Source: the human T2T-CHM13v2.0 reference genome, Homo sapiens
DNA: 64,000 nt
Strand: one strand, 5' to 3'
Assembly (NCBI RefSeq): GCF_009914755.1
Contig: NC_060927.1
The notes under the pieces were generated by a model. That model saw only the letters and a program-made list of their open reading frames with translations. It had not been told where the DNA came from and searched no databases. A program made the position numbers and the translations under genes. Each line of letters opens with the position of its first letter. Position 1 is the first letter of the stretch. Positions 59,581-64,000 of the stretch are shown piece after piece.

Positions 59581-61743
59581 CATCCATCCTGTTTTGATGT
59601 TACAGTGTTATGAGAGGTGAGAATGGACAGGAGAATCAGGAGACGCTGGGAAGGGGCCAGAAAGCAGAAAGAACCCTGTTGCTGGTGGGAGATGGGGTTG
59701 GGATGGTACCTTGGTGAGAAATGTGCTCCAAGACAGGCAAGACAGACCAATGATGGGACACAAGGCAGGGTAGCCAGTACCCAGATTCCTCTTCCAGAAG
59801 CCACCTCTGAGATCTTCCTGGCCACTATTCCCCCTATACTTGAGGATGAAACAGCCACAAATCCCTTGAGACAGAGTGTCTTGAGCATTTCAGCCTGAGT
59901 AACCCTTATGGGAAGGAGAGAAAGCACATGACCCCAAAGAGGAACCACAGACAGTTTCCTTGAAGTCTCCTATCTTTTAACAGTTATACGAGTAACTGTA
60001 TCATGCTCCATCACACAACTGTGTTACTTTCAATAAGTTTTAAATGACTTACCAGCTAATGTCTTTACCCCCATTGGCTGGTAAAGGTGCAAGATGGAGC
60101 TCGTGCTCACTGTGGCTTCCAGGGCAACAGCACTTAGGCAGGTGAGGTCTGGATGCTGGGGAAATCTAAAGGAGTCCTGGAGAGGGAGGCCTTCCCTGGA
60201 CCTGGACGAGGTCAACCATGGTGCTAGCTGCTTCTGGGAGTGTTGGCCTGCAGGTGACCTGTGAGACAGAGGCTCCACCAGAGAGCCCTCAACAGGAATG
60301 AGAGAGCTGTTTGGGGTGGAAAGGACTTGGCTGTGCAGCTTCTTAGGCACTGAGTTGTTCAGCTTCAGCTTGGACCCCTCTCCCTCCGCAGCAATGGATT
60401 GCTGGCTGCCAGCTGGGATGCACATCCCAGTAAATGGAGCTGATTTACTTAAAACAATGGTCAAAGTACTAAGCACTTTGGTGCCTGCAGGCCAGGAGGG
60501 ACTCCCTTAAAGGAAGGTCCCCCACCTATGTTCTTCCCACGGACCCACTTCAAGAATCTCTAAGTCGGCAGGGGAGGTGGTTGAGGCCCACGTAGCCTAC
60601 AGAGAAACTGAGGCCCAGGGAGGTAAGGACCCTGTCCCAGGGTGGGAGGGACAAGCTGGAGGAGACACTGAGAATGTCTGATTCTGGAGTGGTCTTGCTG
60701 GACTCTCTTCTATGGCCCTGGTGGAAACTGACATTCTTCTCCCAGGCAGAGATGAGGAAACTGGTGTGGGGTTGCCGGGGCCAGCAACCACTTTTCTAAA
60801 GCCAAAGACGCAGAAGGTGCTGCCAGTCCAACGCTTCCTCCATGGAGGCCTTCACCCACCCACACCCATCTAAGAGTTCCCAAGACCTGTTTTTTCTGGC
60901 TATTCCTAGACAGCCATCACCCCCACTCACATGTCTTCCACAAGGTCAGTGACCCCAGTCACACTGGTCTGGCCCACCCCTGATCCCTGGCCAGGGTACA
61001 GGGAGGGGAAGAGGAGAAGCTTGGACTTTTCCATCCCTTCTCTTCACCTTCCAGAAGCAGGGGAGGCCTGGTGGGATCCTAGAGGGGCTCTCTTACTTCC
61101 TTAAACCTCCCCACCCTCAGTAGATCTGGTATAGCTTGAATTATTTAGAAACTAAAAAGGAGGCAGGTGAGGTCTGGGCAAGGAAGGCCAGAGTCCCCTC
61201 CCTAGCCTGGTGACCCAGGGGACTGAGCACAGAATCCTGGAATGACAGAAGCTGGAAAATACAGCTAGACTCCTGGATTCTTCCCAGGGCTGGCCCTGGG
61301 AACCAGAGGCCAGGATCCAACTCCACATAACAGAGTAGTAGCACGAGCTGGCCCCACTCATCAGGGAGATCAAGACAGGGACAGACTCTCAAACCAAGCT
61401 GGAGAGTGGCAGAGTCCAGAGGGCCAGCTCAGGCCTCTAAGGGGAGGCCCTCTTGCCGCCATCTGGAGTTGTGCCACCCGCAAAGAGACAAAGCAGTTAC
61501 AGCTGCAGCACTAATGGGGGAGCCATCAAGAAGCTGTGGCAGGGTCCTCGGGGCCGACCCAGGTTTGGGGGCAATGGACAACAGGTTGGGGTCAGGTTCA
61601 GGTTTCAGTCTTGGGTTGGTATTGGGGTTCCATCTGGAACTTGGATCTCTTCCAGGGAGAGGGCAGGTGCAGTCCAGAGACTGGGCCTGGTGCTCCTGAG
61701 TCTATGGACGAGGCTGATGGGCCCTCCCTGTCTTTGTTCTCAG

Positions 61744-61849
61744 GGCGGCCAGGCGGCCAGGCTGCAGGAGGAGTGTGACTATGTGCAGATGATCGAGGTG
61801 CAGCACAAGCAGTGCCTGGAGGAGGCCCAGCTGGAGAATGAGACAATAG
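61744..61849 (+). CDS. VIPR1: VIPR1 coding exon 2 (106 nt), start of the extracellular hormone-binding domain
   Basis: Polypyrimidine tract plus CAG acceptor (61741-61743). Translates GGQAARLQEECDYVQMIEVQHKQCLEEAQLENETI(G), in frame with exon 1, with Cys residues and an N-E-T sequon. Donor G|GTGAGG at 61850. Confidence 0.97.
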
Positions 61850-62535
61850 GTGAGGCCCCCATGGGCAGAGAGGGGCTGCATGCCCCCAGGGAGCCCAAGA
61901 TTCCTCATGTCTCAAGCTGAGATCCAAGTCACGTTCGTTCCACATTTATTGGATGATGGTGAGGAGCGGCTGGGGAGCCAGATGGAAGAAGAAAGGGGCT
62001 AACAGGCTTCCACATTCCCACCCCAGGTCTGGGGAGCTCCCAGCCGCAGCTAAGGAGGACATACTAAATTGGGGTTCTGAAAAGTACATGGAGCCAACTC
62101 TGCCTCTGGGGGTCCCTATCCCTCTTCTCCAGGAAAAGTGAAGATCTCCATGGCGGCCAGCCCACCCAGGACACAAGGCCCAGGGTGCTATGTGGTGGGG
62201 GATCTGTGACCAATGAGGGCAGGCAGGTTCCAGGACCCCCTGGAGCTGGCATGGGAGAATTAGCCCCATAACACCACACTCCAGGATTAGAACATTGTAC
62301 TGTTAGCATCTCCAGAGGAAGAAGAGGCACATTCAGTCACAATATGTGACCCCCACAGGGACCACATGGAAGCTCAAAGCCATCTTAGTGGTCCCGAGCA
62401 AGAAGGGGCACAAGTTTTGTCTGGAAAGATGTGGAATACTCACCACAGCCAATATTCAGCCTGGAAACTGAGGCCCACTCCTCCCTCTCAACCCCAGGCT
62501 CTGCCTCTGCTACATCCAGAGGACCGATAGTGACA

Positions 62536-62536
<1 letters not shown>

Positions 62537-62573
<37 letters not shown>

Positions 62574-62577
62574 ACAC
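62537..62577 (+). repeat. (CA)n microsatellite in VIPR1 intron 2
   Basis: Directly visible. Confidence 0.95.
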
Positions 62578-63103
62578 GCCCAGCCCCTAAGCATACACAT
62601 ACAGGCAAACACACTGGCCTCTCCATCCCAACCCACCCTTAGTGGCCAGATGAACCATCAGCTCATTATTCGGCTGATGAGACAAGTCAAGGTCAGCCCC
62701 AGGGGCTGAGCACATGAGGGCCCCAGCCACTCCTCCTCAGGGGGCTGGGAGAGCCCCACCTGGCAGTGTGAAGGGTAGTGCCCAGCTACCAAGACTGGAC
62801 AGCAGGGCTATCAGGACAGATGACAGCACCCTCCTTTTGACTCAGCAGCCCCAGGTAAGAATGGATGGAATTCTTTGGTACCACTTGAACCAGACTTGGA
62901 GGGGTGAGCAGGTTTGGAGAAACAGAGAGTCTGGGAAGGTGGGAGGCACTGAGGCAGACTTCCCATGGGGAGTGGGGCATGGTTGGCAGGTTCAAGTCTT
63001 ACTGCCAGGGACACCAGCCTGGCATGTCTGGGCTGGAGGCATGAGATGGCTGGGCCCGTTCTGGGCCTCCATCCCAGGCCATCTCCCCGCGGCTGAGCTT
63101 ACA

Positions 63104-63200
63104 GTTATGTAACAGCCTTGCTCAGGAGCAGGGAGCATCTTTACGTCTTCCTGGCTCCCTAGTTCCCCTTCCACCTCTCTAAAGCTGACAGTTATGTAAC
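63104..63200. promoter_or_regulatory. Pair of perfect PAR-bZIP/NFIL3 D-box motifs (GTTATGTAAC at 63104 and 63191)
   Basis: Both match RTTAYGTAAY; function not shown. Confidence 0.45.
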
Positions 63201-64000
63201 CCCTTCTGGGTCCCTCTTCTTGGCCCTGGTGCCCAGGCTGTCTGCCTCCTGTTCTGTAAGTGAGTATGTGTAGCCTCACAGATGGGCTTTGCCTACCCTT
63301 GTCTCAAAGCAGGACAACCCCTTGACTCTAGGGCCCAGAGACTGAGGCATGGGTCACGGGGTGGCTGGGCCTGCCCACTACCTACAGGCCCCACCCCACT
63401 CCACCAGTGCAGGGAGCCAGGACCAGGTGCAGACAGGCTTTGGCAGGCCCCAGCGGTGGGATCATAGGCAGCCCCAAGAGGCCCAGACTCTAGACTCCAC
63501 TGCGCACCTCCCACGCCTGGGGACAGGCCACCCTCGTGATTCCAATGAGGTCACTGCTGGCACAGCGTTCCCGTCGGGTGCCAACACCCTGTCACCAGCA
63601 GCCAGGCTGGGATGCAGAGAAGGGCCAGCATAGGTTGTGGCCATGGGTCTGCCCGTGACCTTCTGTAGGGCTCTGTGCGTGTTCATGCACATCTAGGTAT
63701 GCGCTCCTGGCCCATGTCTGTCTGGAGCTGCGTCTGTGCCTCTGGGGTCTATAGCTCTGTGTCTGACTCTGAGTATCTTTGTGAGTCAGAAGTGTGTGTC
63801 TATTTAAGCTTGGGCACATGCCATCTCGACATGCCTAGATGTGTCTGCCCAGTGTGCTGTGTCTCTGTGTGTTGGCTTGTATGTCTATCAGTGTGAATGT
63901 CAGTGATACACCCAGACATGTCTGTCTCTCTGAATGTATGTCTCTGTGAGTTGTGTGTCTCTCTGTGCCCATTTGCTTGTGTCTGTGGTCTGTGTTCAGG

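Overview
This is human (primate) genomic DNA containing the 5' end of VIPR1 (VPAC1, a class B GPCR) on the + strand. It holds a CpG-island promoter (~49.3-51.2 kb), coding exon 1 (50732-50809, MRPPSPLPARWLCVLAGALAWALGPA), an ~11 kb intron 1 and coding exon 2 (61744-61849). The upstream ~49 kb is intergenic and rich in transposable elements: about 17 Alus, several old L1s, a near-full-length L1PB, MaLR/ERVL LTRs, a near-full-length Tigger2, MER30 and Charlie4. It also contains a processed RPL35A pseudogene with TSDs and a 90-nt in-frame deletion. The least explained structure is an ancient, degenerate composite tandem repeat at ~2.1-2.3 kb and ~8.5-12.05 kb. It consists of (TGGACC/GGTCCA)-type 6-7-mer arrays alternating with AT-rich blocks, present in both orientations around an inversion junction near 9.79 kb. 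Smaller observations are template-switch/snap-back scars near 18.8-19.7 kb and 23.6 kb, paired perfect D-boxes in VIPR1 intron 2, and a candidate LTR-derived distal first exon. Repeat family names and most repeat boundaries come from by-eye recognition and are approximate. There is no evidence for CRISPR arrays, tRNA/rRNA genes or other intact protein-coding genes.
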